Assembly: GCA_965263035.1 (NCBI GenBank)
Contig: OZ253580.1
Location: 1,984,001 to 2,048,000 of the forward strand
Source: Acidobacteriota bacterium
GTDB taxonomy: Bacteria > Acidobacteriota > UBA6911 > RPQK01 > JAJDTT01
Length of the DNA stretch: 64,000 nt
Direction of reading: 5' to 3'
The notes under the pieces were generated by a model. It did no database searches. It saw only the letters and a program-made list of their open reading frames with translations, and was not told the DNA's origin. Below, one piece after another: positions 8,634-17,995 of this stretch (its first letter is position 1; every line of letters starts with the position of its first letter). The translations under genes and the position numbers were made by a program.

Positions 8634-10109
8634 ATGAAAGCAGGAACGATCGCCGCGTGTTTCGTCTCCGTGGCCCTCGCCGCAGTTGCCGAGCCCTCCC
8701 CCAAGGCACAGCCCGAATCCGTGGCCCTCGGCTCCCGGCTGGAGCTGTTCGTGGACGGCCACCTGATCGAGTCGCTGAAGGGAGCGCGGCTGAAGCTTCA
8801 TCCACCGCGGCCCGCGGAGCGGGTGCTCTTCTTCAACCGGGAGTGGGAAGGGGGAAACAGCGGCTACGTCACCGTATTCCAGGACGGCGGCCGTTACCGC
8901 ATGTACTATCGGGGCGCCAGCTCGACGGGATACGCAGTCCCATCCCTGTCGACAGAAGGAGAAACGGCGGTTCCGGAGCACCCCCAGGTAGCCTGCACCG
9001 CCGAGAGTCCTGACGGGATCACCTGGAGCAGGCCTTCGCTTGGCCTCTTCGAGTTCAACGGCTCAAAGGACAACAACATCGTCTGGACCGGCTCCGGCGG
9101 GCACAACTTCTCCCCCTTCAAGGACACGAATCCCGATGCGACTCCCGAGCAGCGCTACAAGGCCGTGGGGAGTGGCCGGGTCGACGGAAAACCAGTCCTG
9201 CTGGGTTACGTCTCTCCGGATGGCATCCGCTGGAAGAGGCTGCGGGAGGAGCCTATTCTCAGCGACGGGAAGTTCGACTCGCTGAACGTCGCCTTCTGGG
9301 ACTCGGTGCGGAACCGGTACGCCGCCTTTTACCGGGACTTCCGCCACGGCGTGCGGACCATCAAGCACGCCACCTCACCAAACTTCCTGGATTGGACTTC
9401 CGGGCAGTGGGCCGACTTCCGGGATACTCCTCCGGAGCACCTCTACACCAATGGGACCGTCGCCTACTTTCGTGCCCCACACCTCTTCCTGGCGCTGCCC
9501 CGGCGCTTTCTCCCCTGGCGCCGACTTTATTCGGACGCCCCGGTGGCGGGCGCGTCCGACGGGGTCTTCATGAGCAGCCGCGACGGGGTCCACTGGGACC
9601 GGCGCTTCCTGGAGTCGTTCATCCGGCCGGGTCGCGACCCCCGCAACTGGCCTCAGCGGACCAACACGCCGGCGCGGGGCATCGTCGCTACAGCCGAAGA
9701 TGAGATCTCCCTCTACGTCGAACGGCACCGGTCGTCGCCCACCAACCACCTGCAGCGGCTGGTGTTGCGCACCGACGGGTTCGTCTCGGTCCATGCCGGC
9801 TACTCCGGCGGCGAGATGATCACCAGGCCGCTCGTCTTCCAGGGCGCCAACCTGGTGCTCAACTTCTCCACCTCGGCCGCCGGCAGCATCCGGATCGAGA
9901 TTCAGGACGCCCGCGGCCACCCATTACCTGGGTTCTCCCTGGAGGAGTCGCCGCTGATCTGGGGGGACGAGATCGAGCACGTGGTCCGGTGGGAGCGAAC
10001 TCATCCCCAGGCGACCTCGGAAAAGCCTCTGGCCCGTCTCGCCGGGAAGCCGGTGCGGCTGCGCCTCGTGATGAAGGACGCGGATCTTTACTCCCTGAGA
10101 TTCCGATAG
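8634..10109 (+). CDS. Secreted GH32/GH43-like beta-propeller protein (subfamily B)
   Basis: Signal peptide; RLELFVD, YRMYYRG, SPDGITWSRP, FDSLN, LYTN, LRTDGFVS, DADLYSLRF. Confidence 0.75.
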   Translation: MKAGTIAACFVSVALAAVAEPSPKAQPESVALGSRLELFVDGHLIESLKGARLKLHPPRPAERVLFFNREWEGGNSGYVTVFQDGGRYRMYYRGASSTGYAVPSLSTEGETAVPEHPQVACTAESPDGITWSRPSLGLFEFNGSKDNNIVWTGSGGHNFSPFKDTNPDATPEQRYKAVGSGRVDGKPVLLGYVSPDGIRWKRLREEPILSDGKFDSLNVAFWDSVRNRYAAFYRDFRHGVRTIKHATSPNFLDWTSGQWADFRDTPPEHLYTNGTVAYFRAPHLFLALPRRFLPWRRLYSDAPVAGASDGVFMSSRDGVHWDRRFLESFIRPGRDPRNWPQRTNTPARGIVATAEDEISLYVERHRSSPTNHLQRLVLRTDGFVSVHAGYSGGEMITRPLVFQGANLVLNFSTSAAGSIRIEIQDARGHPLPGFSLEESPLIWGDEIEHVVRWERTHPQATSEKPLARLAGKPVRLRLVMKDADLYSLRFR

Positions 10110-10161
10110 CGGGCCGCGCAGCGGCGCTCCGGCCTCCGCCCGGACTGAAAGGTTCACGTTA

Positions 10162-11016
10162 ATGGACATCAACTTCATTCCCCATCCCCTGCAGGGTACG
10201 CCCTACGGCGAAGCGCTCGACCTGGCAATCGTTTTCGCCATCGCCTGCTGGCTCTTGTCGGTCATCACCCGTGAATACTCCTGGGTGGACCGCATCTGGT
10301 CCATCTGTCCCGCCATCTATTGCCTGATCGTGGCCGCCGACTCGGATTTCAGTTCGACGCGGCTCAACGTCATGACCCTCCTGGTGGTGGCGTGGAGCGT
10401 TCGATTGACCTTCAATTTCGCGCGCAGAGGCGGTTACCGGGCCGGCAGTGAAGACTATCGCTGGCAAGTCGTGCAAGAAAGACTCGGCCCGGTCAAGTTT
10501 CAATTCCTCAACATCGCCTTCGTCGCACCCGGACAGATGTTCGTGATTTGGTTATTCACATCTCCCGTGCACCAGGCATGGTCGGGACACAATCAAACAT
10601 TAAATTATGTTGATATTATTGCAATTATTCTATTTGTGGTCTTTTTAGCGGTAGAGACGATAAATGACGAACGGATGTGGACGTTTCAACAAGACAAGAA
10701 GCGTAAACTCAAGGCCGGCGAGCCCGTAACGCAACCTTTTATCACGAGCGGGTTCTTCAAATATTGTCGCCACCCCAGTTATATATGTGAAATGGGCATG
10801 TGGACCGTATTTTATTTATTCGGGATCGCGGCGACGGATCAATGGATCCATTGGTCCGGACTTGGATTTATTTTTTTTATGTTTATAATTTCCGGATCGA
10901 CAAGATTGGGCGAATCCATATCTGCAGATCGATACCCTTCTTATCGAGACTATCAAGCCTCGACACCTCGATTCATTCCATTTACTCGCATAGGATGCAT
11001 TAAACGTGACAACTAG
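10162..11016 (+). CDS. DUF1295 / steroid 5-alpha-reductase-like membrane protein
   Basis: SWVDRIWS, WSVRLTFNFARRG, EDYRW, GFFKYCRHPSY, Y..YQ..TPRFIP motifs. Confidence 0.85.
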   Translation: MDINFIPHPLQGTPYGEALDLAIVFAIACWLLSVITREYSWVDRIWSICPAIYCLIVAADSDFSSTRLNVMTLLVVAWSVRLTFNFARRGGYRAGSEDYRWQVVQERLGPVKFQFLNIAFVAPGQMFVIWLFTSPVHQAWSGHNQTLNYVDIIAIILFVVFLAVETINDERMWTFQQDKKRKLKAGEPVTQPFITSGFFKYCRHPSYICEMGMWTVFYLFGIAATDQWIHWSGLGFIFFMFIISGSTRLGESISADRYPSYRDYQASTPRFIPFTRIGCIKRDN

Positions 11017-12781
11017 CCCGGATATCTCATCAGAAAGATTGATAAAGGCCGAGTTTTCTGCTATAAGTGTTGTGTAATCAATAACTTACAAAGCAGAAGG
11101 GACGCGACCTTATGACCGCAGAGTGTACCAGAACAAAGCTCAGATTTCAGGGCCTGGACGGACGGGACGTCGTGGGCCGGTTCGACGGCGGCGAGATCAC
11201 CTCCGACGCCGGTGGCGTGCTCCTGCGCGAAGTGGAGCAGCGGACCCGGATTCTGGGTCGTCTGAGCGAATGCTTCACCGACTATCGAGACCCGGATCGA
11301 GTCGAACACCCGGTGGAGGCGTTGATCAAACAGCGGGTGCTGGGGCTGTGCCTGGGCTACGAGGACCTCAACGACCACGACGAGTTGTGCCGGGACCGGC
11401 TCCTGGCGCTACTGTGCGACCGGGACGACCTGACGGGGGAGTTCCGGCGCGTGGAGTCGGATCGAGGCAAACCGCTGGCAGGCAAGAGCACCCTGAACCG
11501 ACTGGAGCGGACTCCGTTGGAGGGACCGGAGGGCGCGTACAAGAAGATCGTGGCCGACCCGGCGGGGATGGACGAGCTGCTGCTGGAGGTGTTTGTGGAA
11601 GCGCATCCGGAGCCCCCGGAGGAGGTGATCCTGGATGTAGACGCCACGGACGATCCGCTGCATGGGAAGCAGGAGGGACGGTTCTTCCACGGCTATTACA
11701 AACGCTACTGCTACCTGCCGCTGTACGTCTTCTGTGGGGAACATCTGTTGTGTGCGCGGCTGCGCACGGCGGATCGAGGCGCGGCCCACGGGGTGGTGGC
11801 GGAGTTGGAACCAATCGTGAGGCGGCTGCGTGAAGCGTGGCCCCAGGTCCGGATCCTGGTCCGCGGGGACAGTGGATTCTCCAACGACGAGTTGATGGTC
11901 TGGTGCGAGAAGGAAGGGATCGATTACGTCCTGGGGTTGGCGCAGAACGATCGGCTGAAGCGGAGGATCGCGACCCGGATGGAGACCGTCCGGCAGTTGC
12001 AGCGGGCGATCGGGAAGGCGGTGCGGCAGTTCCAGGAACTACGCTACCAGACGCGGGACACGTGGTCGTGCGAGCGTCGGGTGGTGGCGAAGGTGGAGCA
12101 CCTGCCCCGGGGAAAGAACCCGCGATTCATCGTGACTTCGGTCCCGGTCCAGGAATGCGATGGGCGCAGATTGTACGAGGAGGTCTACTGCGCGCGGGGA
12201 GACATGGAGAATCGGATAAAGGAACAGCAGCTGGGTCTGTTTGCGGACCGCACGTCGACCCGGAAGCTGGCGGGGAATCAACTGCGGTTGTATTTCTCGG
12301 CGTTCGCCTACGTGATGATGGAGACGTTGCGACGGGTGGGACTGGCGGGGACGAAGCTGGCGCGGGCGCAGAGCTGGACCCTGCGGGTGAGATTGCTGAA
12401 GATCGGGGCACAGGTCCGAATCACCAGCCGCAAGGTCTGGTTGTCCTTTTCCGAGAGCTATCCGTATGCGGCGCTGTTGAGGACGGCTCTGACGCAAGTG
12501 CAAGCCCTCCCGCTTCGCTGTTAGCAACGGATGGAAAGAACTCTTTGGACGATGGCGACTTGGGAGTCCCCAGGATGGACTGCGCCCCGGAGTGGGCACC
12601 GGGTCGAGAGTCGTCGCTCAGAAGCGCAGGATGGGCGTCAAAAGGCTCTGGAGAAGCGCTGCATCTGGCCGTTGGTCGGCACGTTCGAGCACGAAAACTG
12701 CCTCTTGAACTCGTATGGATAAAGAATCACCCAGACGACGGTTCAACTTCCGTTTATTGTTCTACTGATGAGAAATGCAGG
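11017..12781 (+). mobile_element. IS1380-family insertion sequence (1765 bp)
   Basis: Imperfect 17-bp TIR CCCGGATATCTCATCAG / CTGATGAGAAATGCAGG; CTAG duplicated at 11013-11016 and 12782-12785. Confidence 0.9.
11112..12524 (+). CDS. IS1380-family DDE transposase
   Basis: FDGGEITSDAG, GYEDLNDHD, LDVDATDDPLHGKQEG, RGDSGF, YCARGDMENRIKEQ. Confidence 0.95.
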   Translation: MTAECTRTKLRFQGLDGRDVVGRFDGGEITSDAGGVLLREVEQRTRILGRLSECFTDYRDPDRVEHPVEALIKQRVLGLCLGYEDLNDHDELCRDRLLALLCDRDDLTGEFRRVESDRGKPLAGKSTLNRLERTPLEGPEGAYKKIVADPAGMDELLLEVFVEAHPEPPEEVILDVDATDDPLHGKQEGRFFHGYYKRYCYLPLYVFCGEHLLCARLRTADRGAAHGVVAELEPIVRRLREAWPQVRILVRGDSGFSNDELMVWCEKEGIDYVLGLAQNDRLKRRIATRMETVRQLQRAIGKAVRQFQELRYQTRDTWSCERRVVAKVEHLPRGKNPRFIVTSVPVQECDGRRLYEEVYCARGDMENRIKEQQLGLFADRTSTRKLAGNQLRLYFSAFAYVMMETLRRVGLAGTKLARAQSWTLRVRLLKIGAQVRITSRKVWLSFSESYPYAALLRTALTQVQALPLRC

Positions 12782-12858
12782 CTAGAGGACGCCGGTGCTG
12801 GGATTGCCGAAGGCTCGATTCCACTTCCCGGCACGATAGCACTTCCATTTCCCACGGA

Positions 12859-14556
12859 ATGACCCGCGCTCGCCGGGCAGTTCGATTCGCCTGGGTAACG
12901 ACCCTGCTGCTGGTCTGTCCGGGAACTCCGGCTTGGAGCGCCGAGCCACCCGTTCTCCTACACGCCTCGCCGCCCAGCAAGGCGGTCGTGACCCTTCCCG
13001 GGGGGGATCTCAGCATCCTCTACATGGTCTCCGGCCAACACTGCGCCTCGATCCGGTCCGGCGACGGGGGAGCGACCTGGAGCAAACCCCGGGTCGAGTT
13101 CGAGTTCAGGAAGCCCGCCGGGGTCCCGGTGGTGCTGGTGGACCAGGAGGGAGAGCTCCATGCCTTCCTGCTGGTGCGGCGGGGCGGCGGCCGGACGCCG
13201 ACCGTGGACTACTTCTACGACATCTGGCACGCCGCGACCCGAGACGGCCGGACGCGATGGTCCCGACCCCAACGGATCTTCGAAGGCTACGTGGGGGCAC
13301 TGAACGGAGTCGTGCAGCTTGAGAACGGGCGGATCGTGCTGCCCCATCAGTTCTGGGTTCCGGGTCTCCGCTCGGAGCCGCCGACAGGCTCCCATGTGGT
13401 CACCACCAGCTACACCGGCGACGGCGGCAGGAACTGGAGGCTCTCGCCTGCGCGGCTCACTTCCCCCTGCCGCAGCGATTACATCGGCAGCAATTACGGG
13501 GCGACCGAGCCGGTGGCGACCCAGCTGCGGGACGGCCGGGTCTGGATGTTGATCCGGACCCAGACCGGATTCCTCTACGAATCGTTCTCCCCGGACGGAA
13601 TCGAGTGGTCCGAGGCCCGACCCACCCGGTTTCGTTCCTCCAACTCTCCGGCCAACCTGCTGCGGCTGCCCGACGGCAGGCTGGTGGTGTTCTGGAACAA
13701 CTGCGAGAATCCGTCCCGGGTGGACGGCGAGCCCGTGTACACCACCCGCGACGCCCTGCACGTGGCCATCTCCGCTGACGAGGGCCACACCTGGGCCGGG
13801 TACCGGGAGGCCTTCCGGGACCCCAACCGCAACCAGTCCCCGCCCCGGCGAGGCGACCGCGGCACCGCCTATCCCTTTTCCACGGCGACCCGGGAGGGCC
13901 AGGTCATTCTGGCCACGGGCCAGGGGCAGGGCCGGATCGCCCTGGTGCGCATCGACCCGGAATGGATCGGGGCCGCCTCCCGGGAGGACGACTTCTCCTC
14001 CGGACTGGAGGGCTGGTCCATCTTCAAACCCTTCGGCCCCGCCGAATACTACTGGCGCGCCCGGGGCCAGGGACCGCGGCTGGTGGATCATCCGACCCGC
14101 TCCGGGGCCAAGGCGCTTCAGGTGCGGCGGCCCGACGACAGGAGCGGTGACGAGGCGGTCTGGAACTTCCCGGCTGCAAGGCGTGGCCAGGTCTCGCTTC
14201 GAATCCTGCTGCCGGAAGGCTCCGAGGGTGGAGTCATCGCTCTCGCTGACCGATTCATGCAGCCGACTGAGCCGGCGGCCGAACGGTTGGAGGTCTTCCG
14301 GCTTAATTTGGACACCGGCGGAAGGATTGAGGGTGGCCCGGTCCTCGCCAAGGGTCGCTGGCATGCCCTCCGCCTCTCCTGGGACCTGGATAACAACCGC
14401 TGTTCGGTCGCGGTTGACGGCAAGCCGGCGCTGGTCTTGCCCAGGCTGAATTACGATAGCGATCTCCTGAGCTACTTGCGGTTGCGCTCAAATGCCCCAT
14501 CACCGGGCCCGGTGGGAATGCTGATTGAGCGGGTCTTTGCGAAGAGAGAGGAGTGA
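12859..14556 (+). CDS. BNR/Asp-box sialidase-like secreted protein with C-terminal lectin-like domain
   Basis: Signal peptide; Asp-boxes SGDGGATW, TGDGGRNW, SPDGIEW, SADEGHTW; EP..QLRDGRVWMLIRT; AYP motif. Confidence 0.8.
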   Translation: MTRARRAVRFAWVTTLLLVCPGTPAWSAEPPVLLHASPPSKAVVTLPGGDLSILYMVSGQHCASIRSGDGGATWSKPRVEFEFRKPAGVPVVLVDQEGELHAFLLVRRGGGRTPTVDYFYDIWHAATRDGRTRWSRPQRIFEGYVGALNGVVQLENGRIVLPHQFWVPGLRSEPPTGSHVVTTSYTGDGGRNWRLSPARLTSPCRSDYIGSNYGATEPVATQLRDGRVWMLIRTQTGFLYESFSPDGIEWSEARPTRFRSSNSPANLLRLPDGRLVVFWNNCENPSRVDGEPVYTTRDALHVAISADEGHTWAGYREAFRDPNRNQSPPRRGDRGTAYPFSTATREGQVILATGQGQGRIALVRIDPEWIGAASREDDFSSGLEGWSIFKPFGPAEYYWRARGQGPRLVDHPTRSGAKALQVRRPDDRSGDEAVWNFPAARRGQVSLRILLPEGSEGGVIALADRFMQPTEPAAERLEVFRLNLDTGGRIEGGPVLAKGRWHALRLSWDLDNNRCSVAVDGKPALVLPRLNYDSDLLSYLRLRSNAPSPGPVGMLIERVFAKREE

Positions 14557-14598
14557 AGTACCGAGAACAAGGAGTTGGCGGGAGGAGCAACAGATTTG

Positions 14599-14676
14599 AT
14601 CGATTCGGGCGTAGGCGACTGCGCCTCTGCACTCTCCCACATCACCGGAGGCACCCTTTTCAATACGCGGCGGTTG
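14599..14676 (-). ncRNA. Degenerate group II intron 3' end remnant (domains V-VI)
   Basis: Ungapped ~80% identity over 78 nt with DV-DVI of the intron at 28283-28360; minus strand reads AACCGCCGCGTATTGAAAAGGGTGCCTCCGGTGATGTGGGAG...TCGAT. Confidence 0.75.
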
Positions 14677-15057
14677 CTCATGGCCGTATGCAGGGCCGAG
14701 TGCCGGGCGATTCACCAGCTTCCCCGACTGCTGTGGGCCACTCGGAGAAACGGGGGACGGGTGTTTCTCTCCGGCTGGTTCTCAAACCGTAACGTGTCAG
14801 GGTCGCCGACTAGGATCGACGATGCCTTGATGGAGTCTTCTGTCGAAAGGCCAAGATGGAGGCAGTCGACTAGAGAGGCTGGTGGACTGGCATCGTGCTA
14901 CGGGTTGAACTGGTTGCTTCCGTCTAGACTTGTCCGAATGTTCCCGGCCTCTTGGTTGATTTTGTTCGGAGGAACAATCTTATGAGCAGTACAGGTCACA
15001 AATGTACGCAATCGGGAATCTACTAAGCGAGCTGCATCCACAGGACACAGATCGCCC

Positions 15058-15624
15058 TTAGCCGGGGAGACACGTTTCCACCATGTCAGCGCGGGAACCA
15101 CGGTGTGTACTGGATTTTGATTCAAGCGACCTACTGAGAGACTGGAATCTTCTCCCGGATTCTGCTTCATCCAAGGCCGCGACCGCATCTGGAGAATAGC
15201 CTAGGAGCAGCCCAATTATTCGGTTTGCGTGGGGCTGGGGAGCGTTGTTCGTTACCCACTCAAACGTCTCCACAACCCAACTCTTGGCTGCGAATCCATA
15301 GTCTGTACAGGTGCCGTCCCGTCGAGGAACAACCACTGGGATCGGCTCCAGACCCTGGGCTCCATTGGTGCTAACAAGCAAGAGTTGGGTGTACAACTTG
15401 GTCAGTTCCAGCAGGTCCACTCCCGGTATTATTCCAATCAGGGCAAATGGCCGGACTCCCTTGGACACTAGATATGCTTGTTCTTGAAGCAGTTCATCCG
15501 ACGGAAGTTTGAAGTCCACAATCTCGCTTTTGAAGGGACATCCCGAGAGAAGACGTTCCTTCTGGTAATCCGTCAGGACTGGCTCCGTCACTATGAAGTT
15601 TCGACAAGGCTCAACGAACACCAA
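15058..15624 (-). CDS. Hypothetical protein (lower-GC island)
   Basis: 188-aa ORF with globular-looking composition (RIIGLLLGYSPD); start uncertain; family not recognised. Confidence 0.5.
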   Translation of the reverse strand: MVFVEPCRNFIVTEPVLTDYQKERLLSGCPFKSEIVDFKLPSDELLQEQAYLVSKGVRPFALIGIIPGVDLLELTKLYTQLLLVSTNGAQGLEPIPVVVPRRDGTCTDYGFAAKSWVVETFEWVTNNAPQPHANRIIGLLLGYSPDAVAALDEAESGRRFQSLSRSLESKSSTHRGSRADMVETCLPG

Positions 15625-15809
15625 AGCCAGAGGGGATTTTGTCCCATAGCCCTAACATCCCGTTTTTTTAAGAAAATGGCAAGGAGACAAACTCATGGAA
15701 GAAGAAAAACTCACTCCCAAAACCCCAGCGTAGCTGAAGGGAGAAATCGTGGGACTCCAGGCGCTGGTCAGCATACTTGTTGGCCGCCTTCAGCGGGGAG
15801 AGACGCTAG

Positions 15810-17580
15810 GAGGCTGTCCGAGAACGGGGCTGTCACCGAAGCTCCTTAAAATCAGGGCATCTGATCATCAGGAGAATGTTGGATGCCCCCGCGATTCAAA
15901 GCCTACCCGAAAGACTACTACCAGAGTCAGCTGTTTCCGGCCAACGTGTTCGACCTCTTGCCGGAGGATCACGAATGTTTCCTCTATCAGGAACTGTTCG
16001 AGCAACTGGACACGTCGGAAGTGGAGGCCCAGTACAGCGACCGGGGCCAGCGCGCCTACGCGCCGCGTCAGATCGTGTCGATCCTGATCTACGCCTACAG
16101 CCGCGGCGTGTTCAGCTCCCGGCAGATCGAGCAGCGCTGCCGGGAGGATCTGGGGTTCATGTACATCGCGGGGAGGAACTGCCCGAACTTCCGGGTGTTG
16201 AGCGATTTCCGGAAGGACCACGGGGAATTCTTCCGGTCCTGCTTCAAGCAGACGGTGCAACTGGCGATGGGGCTGGGGCTGGTGAGTTTGGGCCACGTGA
16301 GCCTGGACGGGTCCAAGTTCAAGGCGAACAGCTCGAAGCACAAGGCGATGAGTTACGGACGGCTGAAGGAGAAGGAGCAGGAATTGTGCGAGGAGATCGA
16401 AGCCTTGACCCGGCAGGCGGACCGCTGCGACGAGGAAGAGGATCGGGTCTACCAGGAGCGGACCGGGTATGAGCTGCCCGATGACCTGCGCGACAAGAAG
16501 CAGCGGTTGAAGAAGGTCCGGGAGATGAAGCAGCTGCTGGAAGCGCGGGAGCAGGAGCTTCGACCGGGTCAGGCGATCGAGGACAAGAAGCAGATCAGCT
16601 TTGCGGACCCCGAGGCGCGGATCATGAAGCAAAAAGGGGACTTCGAGTACGCGTACAACGCACAGATCAGCGTGGACGGCAAGTCGCAGGTGATCGTGGG
16701 TCAGCACGTGAGCCAGCAGGCGAACGATTCCCAGGAAGTGGCTCCAGCCTTGGATGAGGTGGAGGAGACGAGCGGTCGGTTGCCGGAGAAGCTGAGTTTG
16801 GACAACGGGTACTACTCGGGGAAGAACCTGCAGGAGACGTCGGATCGGAAGGTGGAAGCCTACATCGCGACGGACCGGGGAGAGAAGCGGGGGAAGGGGG
16901 ACCTGGACGCGAGCAAGCGTTACTTGGTGAAAGCGGACTTTCGTTACGACGAGGAGCAGGACGGCTTTCATTGTCCCGGTGGCCAACTGCTGAGGTTGAA
17001 GACCACCCGCGGCACGGGACAGCGGGTGTATCAGGGGGACATCGATGAGTGCCGATCCTGTGCCTACTATCGTCGTTGCTGCCGGTCGAAGTCAGGGGCG
17101 GCGCGCACGATCACGAGCGACGGGAAGGAGCCGTTGCGACGGGCGATGAACGAGCGGATGTCGAAACCGGAGAGCCAGGCGATCTACGCGCGTCGCAAGA
17201 CGATCGTGGAGCCGGTGTTCGGGCAGATCAAGAACTCGGGATTTCGGGGATTCGGGCTGCGGGGCAAGGCGAAAGTGGCGGGGGAGTTCTCGCTGGTCTG
17301 CGTGGCACACAATCTCAAAAAGATCATGCTTGCGGCTCTGCGGGGAGAGGTGTGTCCGGAGTTCGGGAAGCGAGCGGCCTGGGCGTAAGAAAGGGGCGGA
17401 TAAGGGCGGATGAAGTCAAAAATCGGCCTCTGTAGCCTCTTTTCGCGTCGGAATTAGAGCAATCCATCGGTTCCCTCGGCTTCGGAGGCCAGGATTCGAG
17501 GGTCTTCGGAGCCTTGGACCATTGCCCCTGAGCATGGTTATGGGTGAAGGTCGCTCAATGCCGAATTCTCGGACAGGCTC
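15810..17580 (+). mobile_element. IS1182-family insertion sequence (1771 bp)
   Basis: TIR GAGGCTGTCCGAGAA / TTCTCGGACAGGCTC (14/15); CTAG duplicated at 15806-15809 and 17581-17584. Confidence 0.92.
15883..17388 (+). CDS. IS1182-family transposase
   Basis: LLPEDH, SSRQIE, PNFRVLSDFRK, LDGSKFKANSS, DPEARIM, YNAQ, DNGY, RRKTIVEPVFGQIK, LRGKAKV...AHNL. Confidence 0.95.
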   Translation: MPPRFKAYPKDYYQSQLFPANVFDLLPEDHECFLYQELFEQLDTSEVEAQYSDRGQRAYAPRQIVSILIYAYSRGVFSSRQIEQRCREDLGFMYIAGRNCPNFRVLSDFRKDHGEFFRSCFKQTVQLAMGLGLVSLGHVSLDGSKFKANSSKHKAMSYGRLKEKEQELCEEIEALTRQADRCDEEEDRVYQERTGYELPDDLRDKKQRLKKVREMKQLLEAREQELRPGQAIEDKKQISFADPEARIMKQKGDFEYAYNAQISVDGKSQVIVGQHVSQQANDSQEVAPALDEVEETSGRLPEKLSLDNGYYSGKNLQETSDRKVEAYIATDRGEKRGKGDLDASKRYLVKADFRYDEEQDGFHCPGGQLLRLKTTRGTGQRVYQGDIDECRSCAYYRRCCRSKSGAARTITSDGKEPLRRAMNERMSKPESQAIYARRKTIVEPVFGQIKNSGFRGFGLRGKAKVAGEFSLVCVAHNLKKIMLAALRGEVCPEFGKRAAWA

Positions 17581-17995
17581 CTAGAAGGAAAAATCCTTGA
17601 GAAACTGAGATCGGACATGTCGACGGTTATCGGGACCCTGGCACTGGTCGTTCAGCCCGGCGCGACAGAAACCGACTTCGCCCAAGGCTTTCACAATTCA
17701 TTCGAGATGGTACTTGAAAAGATGACTCCCTCTGGATGGGGTCAGGAGTAATCAAGAACGGTGGAGATCCCGACCTGCGCCACATGCTAGAATGAATTCC
17801 CCCGGCACGGCTTTGCAAGGCGTAGTATGCCTTGGCTAGGCAAGGTCCGGCACGGAATCTCCTTCCCCTCTCCTCTCTGACTCATGAGACGATCTAAGAG
17901 GGGGGGAGGCTAGGGTCTTCAAGTCAAATATATAATTCCCAAAGATATCATCGGCAATCACAGCAGTGGATTAGCTCTACAAATATGGTGAATCT

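Larger units (their letters stand above)
15695..17751 (+). pseudogene. Small (~93 codon) hypothetical gene with internal TAG, interrupted by IS1182
   Basis: AAGGAG RBS then ATG 15695; MEEEKLTPKTPA*LKGEIVGLQALVSILVGRLQRGETL joins in frame across the CTAG target to EGKILEKLRSDMSTVIG...GWGQE* (17751). Confidence 0.55.

Noticed and set aside
3823-12781. Composite transposon formed by the two IS1380 elements
   Set aside because: The two elements are divergent and each has its own target duplication (TTGCC versus CTAG), indicating independent insertions
17800-17940. Structured RNA leader or promoter upstream of CBASS (short CCGGCACGG direct repeat, small hairpins, TATAAT at 17931)
   Set aside because: Stems are short, no matching -35 at the proper spacing, and no recognisable RNA family
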